Of a stretch of DNA of 64,000 nt, positions 27,635-36,137 are shown piece by piece. The translations under genes and the position numbers were made by a program. Source of the stretch: Candidatus Heimdallarchaeota archaeon (GTDB lineage: Archaea > Asgardarchaeota > Heimdallarchaeia > Heimdallarchaeales > Heimdallarchaeaceae); contig DXJF01000112.1 in assembly GCA_019057375.1 (NCBI GenBank), positions 1 to 64,000 on the forward strand, written 5' to 3'. The notes beneath the pieces are model-generated. The model saw nothing but the letters and a program-made list of their open reading frames with translations, had not been told where the DNA came from and ran no database searches. The first letter of the stretch is position 1. Every line of letters starts with the position of its first letter.

Positions 27635-29068
27635 TTAAGTAACTTGTGAGTAAAGATCAAGAATCTTCGATTTCCATGCTTCATAGCTTTCTGGCGTTGT
27701 GGGATAGATTTCGCAGTGTTTGGCGATTGCTTTGCTTGTGCTTATTGCTTTTCTCATCATCAACAAGAGTCCATATTTAGGAAAACATCTAACCACTCGA
27801 CCTAAATAGTCCATAAATGATCTTTTTTTCATAATACCTGCAGATGTTAAATCTGATTGTTTAACCACTTTTCTTTTAAGTAGAAATTCTAGTTTTTCTG
27901 GGCCTATTATTTCCAAGACTTTTGTTAGGATTCTATTTCTAGCATGATCTGCCCCAAATTCTTTCACAATTAGAAGATTATATTCCCATAGGTCTTCCAA
28001 TTCAAATGAGTTCTGTTCAAGAGCATTGCATGCAACTTCTCCTGCAAAGCTTCCAGCCATTAATGCAGGACCATGACCTTCAGCTGTTAGTGGGTCAGCG
28101 TGAAAAGCTGCATCTCCTGCAACAATCAAACCATTCCCAACTGCATTCCATAAAGGAGCCCTAATTGGTACTACATCTCCTCTCCCATCAAGTGTTTTGT
28201 AAGTTCCTTGTGGGAAATATTTCTCTAAAGCGTTAAAATATACTGACTTAACACTCTTGGTGGCGTGTTTTCCTTGTTTGATAAATCCTGTTCCACAATT
28301 CAAACGTTTTTTCCCTTCATCGAAGAACCAGATATATCCTGGTTCCGGTATATCTATTTCATATTGTAGAACTATTTTACCTTCTAAATCATGATTGTGA
28401 TTTAACTGTATTATTTCGCGATAACAAGGGGCAAAATCTGCTTTAGTAACCTTTTTGTTCAATTTTGGTTCATATTCTTGTGGTAAACCTGTTCTTACTA
28501 CTGCCATAGTTCCACTGCAGTCAATTACCATTTTAGACAAAATTTCTATGCTATTGTGTTCTGAATCTTTAATCAAAACTCCAGATACTTTGTTATCTAT
28601 CACAATTGGTTCTTTTACTCTGCATTGATTTTTTAAAATTACTCCAGATTTTATCGCTTCTTGAAGTAACCTTTGTCCGAACTTATGGCGATCAATCATA
28701 TAGCCTATTGCTGGAAAAGTAATATGGTTTTTAGGTAAAGCTGTTCTAAGAACTAAATCTTCAATTTGTGCTTTAATTTCTTCTTCCAGTGGGGGAGCAA
28801 TAGAGAGTTTTTCCATAGCCTTAAGAACTGTTTTTTTTGAGATTGCTTCGCCACATACCTTGTCTCCAATCTTCTCCTTCTTTTTCTTATCAAGAAGTAA
28901 GACATTATATCCCCTCTTTCGACAAATTAATGATGCAGCTACACCCGCAGGACCTGCTCCAACAACTATTACTTCATAAGAATCTTTCATTGATAGAACC
29001 CAATTCCCTAAGTTGTAAATAAACTCTATGTGATAAATTGAATGAATGAACCTAGAGAGATTTGACAA
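27635..29068 (-). CDS. Geranylgeranyl reductase family flavoprotein (true start probably ATG at 28990)
   Basis: VGAGPAG, DKVCGEAI, DCSG, PGYIWFF, AGDAAFHADPLTAEGHG. Confidence 0.88.
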   Translation of the reverse strand: MSNLSRFIHSIYHIEFIYNLGNWVLSMKDSYEVIVVGAGPAGVAASLICRKRGYNVLLLDKKKKEKIGDKVCGEAISKKTVLKAMEKLSIAPPLEEEIKAQIEDLVLRTALPKNHITFPAIGYMIDRHKFGQRLLQEAIKSGVILKNQCRVKEPIVIDNKVSGVLIKDSEHNSIEILSKMVIDCSGTMAVVRTGLPQEYEPKLNKKVTKADFAPCYREIIQLNHNHDLEGKIVLQYEIDIPEPGYIWFFDEGKKRLNCGTGFIKQGKHATKSVKSVYFNALEKYFPQGTYKTLDGRGDVVPIRAPLWNAVGNGLIVAGDAAFHADPLTAEGHGPALMAGSFAGEVACNALEQNSFELEDLWEYNLLIVKEFGADHARNRILTKVLEIIGPEKLEFLLKRKVVKQSDLTSAGIMKKRSFMDYLGRVVRCFPKYGLLLMMRKAISTSKAIAKHCEIYPTTPESYEAWKSKILDLYSQVT

Positions 29069-30623
29069 GCTCTCTAGAGATCGATGATTCTTTGTCTATA
29101 ACTTCTTTTTCAGTTTTATCTCCAATGAATACTTCGAACATCTCAAAAGTTGGTGGAGTGTCTCCTGAAACTTTGATTGCGACAGATGCAAATTTTCCAA
29201 TAGGTGGAGGTTCTGTTATCCATGTTATAATCTTAACTCCTGAATCATCAATTTGTTCCATTATTTGTGAATTTTCTGGATCTTTTCCTACCACAGCATG
29301 GCTAACAGGGAATTTATCAGCTAGAGATATGATTTCATCAGCATCTCCTTTAATATTTTTAATTTTGTAGTTAACAGTATACCCTACATCTTTTTCAGAG
29401 GATTTGATGAACTTAGCTATCTTGAAAATTGTTTTTCCTTCTTTATCTTGAATGAGTTTCTTTCCTCTGAATAGGAATGGAAAATAATCAAGTTTATAGG
29501 ATTTATCTAAGGAATGATTAGCTGAAACATTCTTATGTTTCCATCTTACAATAGTCCCCTTCAGTTTAACTTTTTCAATTACTGCATTTGGAGGAAGTGC
29601 TTCAGGATTTGTTTTTAAGACGTCAAATTCTGGAGGGATCTCATCTATAATATGTAATTCCTGTAGCTGACGATTATGAATGTTAAGATATTTAATACTG
29701 GAAGAAAACTCTAAACCTGATAGAGAAATATTTTCAAATGAATTTAGAACTGCAATTACTTCATTTTGAATTATCTCTAAAATTGTTCGATTTATTCTCT
29801 TAGATAATTTATATTTGATTTCAACTTCTTGATCTGGCTGAATTTCTGGAATCTCCCAAGTGATTTCCAAAACCTGTTCTTCTTTCTCTTTAGATGGTTC
29901 GCTTTCTAGATTGGCAATTTCCATATTATCTATTGCAAAACAATAGGGTATCTCATCTATGATTTTAATTTCTGTGATTGTTTTTTTGTGATTATTTTTC
30001 AGACTTGAAATCAGAGTTACATCCTTGAGAGTTTCTCCTGCCCCTAATGGGTTTTCTTTTTCAGTGGTTTCAATTTCACCGCTTGCTAATTTATACTGAA
30101 TTCGACTTTTTACTATATTTGGTATTTGATATTTATTATCTTCTATTAACTTTTGAAGAAGTTCATCTCTGAAGTAATCATCTTCTGGAAGTTTTTTAAT
30201 TGTAATTTCATGCCCAATTATTTTACTGTCTTCTACAGTATCAAAAGCTTTTTCGAAATTTTCAGTACTCACTTCTTTAGTTTCTGTAATTAGGTCTTCT
30301 AAATCTTCAGAAAATAGTTCATCTGATCTTAAAAGCCGTAAAAGTAAATTATAATCACCAATAATGCCTGTTTCTGATAAATATTCTTCTATCCATCGAG
30401 CTACTCTTGTTTCATGAGGTGCTAAAATTGTTGACCAGAATTCATTTACGGTATTTACTATCTCTAGAAGATTCCTACATTCTTTTTCATTTATCAAACC
30501 ATGAGTATCATAAAATGAGACTATTCCGCTCATAGAGGTACCAAAAACATTTGTATAAGGATCAATTTTAATAAAGTATCTAGTTGATCCCCAGATTGGT
30601 TTTTGTTCAACCATTTTAATCAA
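29052..30623 (-). CDS. Hypothetical protein with three DUF11-like Ig repeats and no signal peptide
   Basis: Repeated I-x-D-(E/K)-(I/F)-P...W...Y-K-(L/V) units: IIDEIPYCF, IIDEIPPEF, LADKFPVSH. Confidence 0.6.
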   Translation of the reverse strand: MIKMVEQKPIWGSTRYFIKIDPYTNVFGTSMSGIVSFYDTHGLINEKECRNLLEIVNTVNEFWSTILAPHETRVARWIEEYLSETGIIGDYNLLLRLLRSDELFSEDLEDLITETKEVSTENFEKAFDTVEDSKIIGHEITIKKLPEDDYFRDELLQKLIEDNKYQIPNIVKSRIQYKLASGEIETTEKENPLGAGETLKDVTLISSLKNNHKKTITEIKIIDEIPYCFAIDNMEIANLESEPSKEKEEQVLEITWEIPEIQPDQEVEIKYKLSKRINRTILEIIQNEVIAVLNSFENISLSGLEFSSSIKYLNIHNRQLQELHIIDEIPPEFDVLKTNPEALPPNAVIEKVKLKGTIVRWKHKNVSANHSLDKSYKLDYFPFLFRGKKLIQDKEGKTIFKIAKFIKSSEKDVGYTVNYKIKNIKGDADEIISLADKFPVSHAVVGKDPENSQIMEQIDDSGVKIITWITEPPPIGKFASVAIKVSGDTPPTFEMFEVFIGDKTEKEVIDKESSISRELVKSL

Positions 30624-31242
30624 CCCTCACTGTTTCTTGAATGGAAATGACTTCATATTCAACAAGTTTTTCAGTAGAAATTTCGAGCTCCTCAGTTGTT
30701 CCACTCTTGTGATTTAATATTGTTACAGAGAAAGTTCCTTCAGGCAAAAAATTATGCACATATCTCCTTACAAGTGAAACATTTTCAAACATTGTACTAG
30801 GGCTAGCTGGTATTTGATCTAAGTCCCCAAAAATATCCATTTTGCGAATACTTATGATCTCTCTATTGCTTTTTGTTTCACTCCTTCTTTCAAATATTGT
30901 TCTAACAGTATCTAGATGGAAACCTGAAAGTTCCTTGCTTATTGATTCTTTAAAAACTTCTTCTGCTTTCTGAAGATCATCCAACAAAAGATATCTACTT
31001 ATTAGCTTACTATATGCATAAGATTGATTATCTTGATCGTCAAGATTTTCCATCACTTCTGCAACGAAGTGCCATAAGATAACAGATTCAATAAACTGGT
31101 CATTTTCTTCTAGCTTTTTAATCCCTTTTTCAATGAATTTTAGAAAATCATCGGGTGATTTGTTAGCTAGTAGGTCTTTTCCTTCTCTAATCATTTTTTG
31201 TACATCATCATCTGCACTCAATATAGACCACTTTCCAGTCAA
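30616..31242 (-). CDS. Hypothetical protein with alpha-helical TPR/solenoid-like N-terminus
   Basis: Helical-repeat pattern; overlaps the next gene by 8 nt. Confidence 0.55.
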   Translation of the reverse strand: MTGKWSILSADDDVQKMIREGKDLLANKSPDDFLKFIEKGIKKLEENDQFIESVILWHFVAEVMENLDDQDNQSYAYSKLISRYLLLDDLQKAEEVFKESISKELSGFHLDTVRTIFERRSETKSNREIISIRKMDIFGDLDQIPASPSTMFENVSLVRRYVHNFLPEGTFSVTILNHKSGTTEELEISTEKLVEYEVISIQETVRVD

Positions 31243-31414
31243 ACAATTTACAATTGTATATTTTGAGAACTTCTTATTTAAACTCTGTCCTAGTATTCAT
31301 TTAAATTTCATACACAATTATATTGAAAAAAAGAATAAATTCTATCTCTCTAAAAGCACATAACAAAAAAGACTGTTTCGATAAAGTTAAAAGAATACTC
31401 TTTTTTTTGTAGTT

Positions 31415-32437
31415 ATGGCTAAAATTGTAAGCAAAGAATTTTGCGCATTCCATTTCCACAATGATTCTGATGGTGAGTGTTCTAATTGTGGATTAGCAAT
31501 TTGCAATCTTGACCAACAATATGACTTACAAGCTAACAGACAATGTCAAATATGTTTCAATTTAACAAGAGCCAAGAAGATTGCAAGGTATATGCAATTT
31601 GGTTTGTGGGGTGTAATTATTTCGCTTGTTGTAATGTTATGGTTATTACTAAGAGCTAGCGGAAATACTTTTTATGCTTTCCTGCCAGTTATTTTACTAT
31701 TAGTTGTTCCATATCTTCTTCGTCCTGTTCTGATGAAATTGTATTTCAGAGATTTAGCGCCCATTGAGTCTATATTGCCTATCCTTCGTTATTTTGAAGG
31801 TACTGGAAATATGGACCATTACAAACTTTTCTTGAGATTCTTAGGCAAATTAACTGAAGAAGATATTAAAGATATCCAAAAACCATTATATGATTATCTA
31901 ATTCCTGCTCTAGCATTTAATTATTCTAAGTTACCTGAAGGTTGGGAAGAAAATTTGATTAAAAATCTTCAAATTTCTAAGGAAAGGTTTATCGAACTCA
32001 TGGTGAAGGATTATCGCACTATCTTGATTCAGACTGCCGTTCATAGTGCACAGTCTAATATGGCTCTCTTCATTTTCTACTTAAGTGAAACAGCTTCTGA
32101 TAAAGATCTCATCAAAGAATACATAATTGAAATTACATCTCAAGAAGTTATGAAGCTAAATGAAGAAGAGGTAAATATCATTTATAAACATCTTTTAGAA
32201 GATTTGTATCTTTATGAAGATAGATTTCTTGAACTCTGTGATGAATTGGAACTTAAAAAACAAAAAGATTTAATTATTCAACTAATAGAACGATTTGATC
32301 CCCCCCCAGTACCAAAGAATCAAATTGAAGCTGTTATGACTCCAGATCAACTTAGGGAGAAAAGAAGAAAGGAAAAGGATTTAGCTGAAAATCCTCCTCC
32401 TCTAGAAATCGAGCAAAAAACTGAGGAAACTCAGTAA
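31415..32437 (+). CDS. Membrane protein with N-terminal B-box-like zinc finger, two TM helices and a helical C-terminal domain
   Basis: CAFH...CSNC...C..D...CQIC followed by two hydrophobic segments. Confidence 0.7.
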   Translation: MAKIVSKEFCAFHFHNDSDGECSNCGLAICNLDQQYDLQANRQCQICFNLTRAKKIARYMQFGLWGVIISLVVMLWLLLRASGNTFYAFLPVILLLVVPYLLRPVLMKLYFRDLAPIESILPILRYFEGTGNMDHYKLFLRFLGKLTEEDIKDIQKPLYDYLIPALAFNYSKLPEGWEENLIKNLQISKERFIELMVKDYRTILIQTAVHSAQSNMALFIFYLSETASDKDLIKEYIIEITSQEVMKLNEEEVNIIYKHLLEDLYLYEDRFLELCDELELKKQKDLIIQLIERFDPPPVPKNQIEAVMTPDQLREKRRKEKDLAENPPPLEIEQKTEETQ

Positions 32438-32501
32438 AATCTCCTCTTTTTATTTTGTAACTGTTCGCAACTCATATATTTACTAGTTTTGAATCTCTAA
32501 T

Positions 32502-32580
32502 TGAGAATAGCGAATATGATGAGGAATTACAACCGATGATTCCATGACTTTCCTAGCTCACTCTGATGACGTTATTCTCA
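32502..32580 (+). ncRNA. Box C/D guide sRNA candidate 1
   Basis: C box ATGATGA 32516-32522; D' ATGA 32536-32539; C' ATGACTT 32544-32550; D CTGA 32563-32566; guides of 13 and 12 nt; 11-bp terminal stem 32502-32512/32570-32580; upstream TATA-like TATATTTA 32475-32482 and downstream T-tract. Confidence 0.75.
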
Positions 32581-32665
32581 TTATCTTTTTTAGGTAAAAG
32601 TTCTCTAAAAGAGAAAAAGCTTTAGTACTTTCAGTCAGTATCTATTTCAAAAAGAGAACCTCATG

Positions 32666-32746
32666 TTGAGAATAATGGAAATGATGAAAATGCACGAACA
32701 AATGATTCTATGATTAACCTTGAACACCCAGTTTCGCTACTCTCAA
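32666..32746 (+). ncRNA. Box C/D-like sRNA candidate 2 (tandem paralog with degenerate D box)
   Basis: Same scaffold as copy 1: TTGAGAATA...ATGATGA (32681-32687), ATGA-TTCT-ATGATTA (32702-32716), and an imperfect 15-bp terminal stem 32666-32680/32732-32746. CCAG stands where CTGA is expected. Confidence 0.55.
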
Positions 32747-32784
32747 TAATTTGATTCCTTCAATATTGATGACAAAGTCTTAAT

Positions 32785-34464
32785 ATGATAGTATCTATCT
32801 TCGTTATTATCAATTATAAAGGAACACAGATGACAGTAACTAAACGAAACAGGAAATCTATTACGTTTGCATGGCAATTTGCAGGTTTTTTTCTTTATCT
32901 TTTTACAGTTGCTGTTGCTTTAGTAGGTTTGGTATATTTGGTCTGGTCTTTTGTTTTAATGATTCAAAGATTCTATGTGGTACCGTTCCAGAATATAATG
33001 ATATTAGAGTTTATTTTGAATCTAACAACCTTACTAATAGAATTTTTAGGAGTATTCTATACTGCTATACTATTGAACCACATGGCTTCTACCTGTATGA
33101 ATCCTCCTATTCTAACAGAAGAGAAGGCCATCATAGAAAATTATCCAACAGTTAGTATACTCATTCCTATTAGGCATCCTGAGTATGAAATTCTTAGAGA
33201 AACTTTAGTTTCCATTTCAGAGGTTGACTATCCTAAAGAAAAACTTACTGTGTTCCTAGGAGATGATACCGAAAAAGAGCATGAAAGTTATCTGAAAACC
33301 GTTGAACTAGCTCACCATTATAACGTTCAACACATACATGATCCATCAAATATTCATTTCAAAGCTGGAATGTTAAACGTTGTCTTAAAACATGTAACAT
33401 CAGAATTTTTTATACTATTAGATTATGATCATAAGATAGAACCAAAGATTATCACCAAATCTGTCAAATTACTAATGAATAATTCACAACTAGCTTTCGT
33501 ACAACCCAAAGTAAATTTTAGACTTGTTAAATCAAAACTACAAGTATGGGAATCCGTTATGTATGCCCAATTTTATGAAGTATTTCAACGATCAAAAACA
33601 AAGCATTCTACAGTTTTGACTAATGGTTCTACAGCTTGTTATCGCAAGTCATATGTTGATGAAATTGGTGGAATACCATTTGATACATTCACAGAAGATG
33701 TTGATATTTCAGTTAAGCTTCTTGCAAAAGGATACCAAACAGAATTAGTTGATGAATACGGTAGTTTTGGTTTGATTCCAGCAAATTTCTCACTTCTCTT
33801 ATCACAAATATTAAGATGGGCAAAAGGGAGCATGCAAGTCCTTAGACTAAGATGGAAGAAAATAATGTCAGCTAAAATGCCTTTCATTCATAGGATAGAT
33901 TTACTGTTCAGCGCGTCGCTGTTTTTTATTGCCTCTTCAGTATACTTAAATCTAGTTTTCTATGTTATTATGTATTTCACAAACAGTTCTGTAGTTCGAT
34001 TACCAATGAGTGTTTTTCCACCATTATTAATCATGCCAATAGCATTTGCAGTTTCTTACCAACTTTCTGGAATAATAGCCGTTATTTTCGCTAGAAGAAG
34101 TGGAATTACAAATCTAAAATTGTTTGACCTTGTTTATTTCTTAATTCTCGCTCTCGTACTTAACCCATTTACTGTTTACGCTGTTTTCAAGTCCATATTC
34201 AAGCGAAAAATCCCATCAAGAGATAGGGATGAATGGAATGAAAAAGTTCCTTATTTTATACTTTCTTTTATCATTTCCATCTTGGGTGGTGGTCTCGTTA
34301 CTATCTCAGTTTTTGATATTTTAAACAATGGGTTTACTGGTTCCTTTTGGCTAATTTTAGGTCTCTTGGGTTTGACCATGCTAGCAACTTTTCCAGTGTG
34401 TATTTTCTTCCATTTCTCAACAAAACACAACAAACCTTATTTTGTTAAAGAGTTTAACACATAA
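32785..34464 (+). CDS. Processive GT2 glycosyltransferase, cellulose-synthase-like (start possibly ATG 32830)
   Basis: GDD, HFKAGMLN, LDYDH (DxD), TEDVD, QILRW (QxxRW); 2 N-terminal and about 5 C-terminal TM helices; no PilZ domain. Confidence 0.9.
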   Translation: MIVSIFVIINYKGTQMTVTKRNRKSITFAWQFAGFFLYLFTVAVALVGLVYLVWSFVLMIQRFYVVPFQNIMILEFILNLTTLLIEFLGVFYTAILLNHMASTCMNPPILTEEKAIIENYPTVSILIPIRHPEYEILRETLVSISEVDYPKEKLTVFLGDDTEKEHESYLKTVELAHHYNVQHIHDPSNIHFKAGMLNVVLKHVTSEFFILLDYDHKIEPKIITKSVKLLMNNSQLAFVQPKVNFRLVKSKLQVWESVMYAQFYEVFQRSKTKHSTVLTNGSTACYRKSYVDEIGGIPFDTFTEDVDISVKLLAKGYQTELVDEYGSFGLIPANFSLLLSQILRWAKGSMQVLRLRWKKIMSAKMPFIHRIDLLFSASLFFIASSVYLNLVFYVIMYFTNSSVVRLPMSVFPPLLIMPIAFAVSYQLSGIIAVIFARRSGITNLKLFDLVYFLILALVLNPFTVYAVFKSIFKRKIPSRDRDEWNEKVPYFILSFIISILGGGLVTISVFDILNNGFTGSFWLILGLLGLTMLATFPVCIFFHFSTKHNKPYFVKEFNT

Positions 34465-34481
34465 TATTAAGAGGAAACAGA

Positions 34482-36137
34482 ATGCAGTGGAAAAAAATTC
34501 TATGGTATGTTTTAGCCTGTTCTCTTTTTGCTTTTCTTATATTCTATATTATTTACAGTACTATCGAAATTATTCAAGTTTATAGGACTATGCTACCAAG
34601 TGGGTCAGCTATAGTTGGTTTAATTCTAAATTTTCTCATTCTATTATTAGAATTATTTTCAGCATTTTTCTCAGTTTTCATTTATTATTATATTGGTTCA
34701 TCATCAAATTACACTTTACTAAAGGATGAGAATAACAAATTTCTAAAGAGCAATTCTCTTCCTAAGGTAGCCATACTTCTTCCTCTTTATAGAGAGCCAT
34801 TTGCAGTTGTTTCTCAGACATTAGAGGGAGCAATGAATCTAGATTATCCTAAAGAGAAATTTGAGATAGTTGTTTGCGATGATAGTCCTGCTGAGCATTC
34901 ATCTGAGATCGAATCTTTTTGCAAAGTTAATAGTATTAAATTCATACGTAGGAAAAATCGTTCAGGATTTAAAGCTGGAGCAATAAATAATGCTTTGAAA
35001 CAAATTGAATGTGATTTTATAGGGCTCTTGGATGCAGATCATATCCCTACTCCTAATTTCATCAGAACATGTCTCTCTGGATTTACTGAAGACGATATTG
35101 TTCTTGTTCAAGGAAAACCAATGTTTGTTAATCAGGATGATTACCTGATGAGAAGTAGTGCCTTTATCCAATCTCAATTTTACCACATTTATCAAAAAAG
35201 TAGAGGAACTAGAAATGGTGTTATATTTGCTGGAACTACAGGATTATTAAGAGTTGATTTACTAAGAAAGTTCGGAGGTTTCTTGGAAGATACATTAGCC
35301 GAAGATACAGATACTTCCTTTATGTTAATGTCCAATGGGTACAAGACCCGATATCTTCATGAAATCTGTTCCAAAGGTTTAGTTCCTTGGAATCCAATCA
35401 GTATGGTGAATCAAGTGTGGAGATGGACAAATGGGATTACTTCGATTTTTCGTAAGAGATTTTGGAAGATAGTAAAAGGACAAAATAAGACTATAAACAA
35501 AATAGATATTCTTTCAACAGTCACAACCCCAATAATTGGGACAGTTATGATTTTTGTTTATGTTTTACTGTTTGTTATGTATATGGTCAAAGAATACACT
35601 GGGCTAGTTGAATTTGCATTCATAAGGCCAGACTTAGGCGTTTTTCCTCTTCTATTAGTTGCTCCTCTTTTAATTTCTTTTGCTAGTTTGATTATGGCTT
35701 TAGTTACATGGCGAAGAGAAGAAAAAGAAGATAAAATGATTCGTCTAAGAGGTTTCTTTGGTATGGTATGGACCATTACTGCTTTTTACCTTTTAATGAT
35801 GACTGCACAATATTTTCTAGTTTGGGCAGTTATGAGTGCACTTTTGGGAGTTAAGAAAGAATTTGATAGGACGATAAAGGTGAAAACTAAAACCATAGGA
35901 AAAATGAGTCAGAAAGTAAAATATACTCTCTGGTCAATTGGATTACTTCTAATTGCAGGAGTATTTTACTTTGCTAGCTATAGAACCTTTATAGCTCATG
36001 ATGCTCTTTTTGGTTGGTTTATTATCGCTGCTGTTACTGCAACCATTCCAATTATAATAACAATCGGTCACTTCAGTAAATTGGATTTTACCAAAGATAA
36101 AACAGCAGCAGATGTCGAGAAAGAGTACGGAGATTAA
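34482..36137 (+). CDS. Processive GT2 glycosyltransferase, cellulose-synthase-like (second paralog)
   Basis: CDDS, GFKAGAIN, LDADH, AEDTD, QVWRW; similar TM layout; no PilZ domain. Confidence 0.9.
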   Translation: MQWKKILWYVLACSLFAFLIFYIIYSTIEIIQVYRTMLPSGSAIVGLILNFLILLLELFSAFFSVFIYYYIGSSSNYTLLKDENNKFLKSNSLPKVAILLPLYREPFAVVSQTLEGAMNLDYPKEKFEIVVCDDSPAEHSSEIESFCKVNSIKFIRRKNRSGFKAGAINNALKQIECDFIGLLDADHIPTPNFIRTCLSGFTEDDIVLVQGKPMFVNQDDYLMRSSAFIQSQFYHIYQKSRGTRNGVIFAGTTGLLRVDLLRKFGGFLEDTLAEDTDTSFMLMSNGYKTRYLHEICSKGLVPWNPISMVNQVWRWTNGITSIFRKRFWKIVKGQNKTINKIDILSTVTTPIIGTVMIFVYVLLFVMYMVKEYTGLVEFAFIRPDLGVFPLLLVAPLLISFASLIMALVTWRREEKEDKMIRLRGFFGMVWTITAFYLLMMTAQYFLVWAVMSALLGVKKEFDRTIKVKTKTIGKMSQKVKYTLWSIGLLLIAGVFYFASYRTFIAHDALFGWFIIAAVTATIPIIITIGHFSKLDFTKDKTAADVEKEYGD

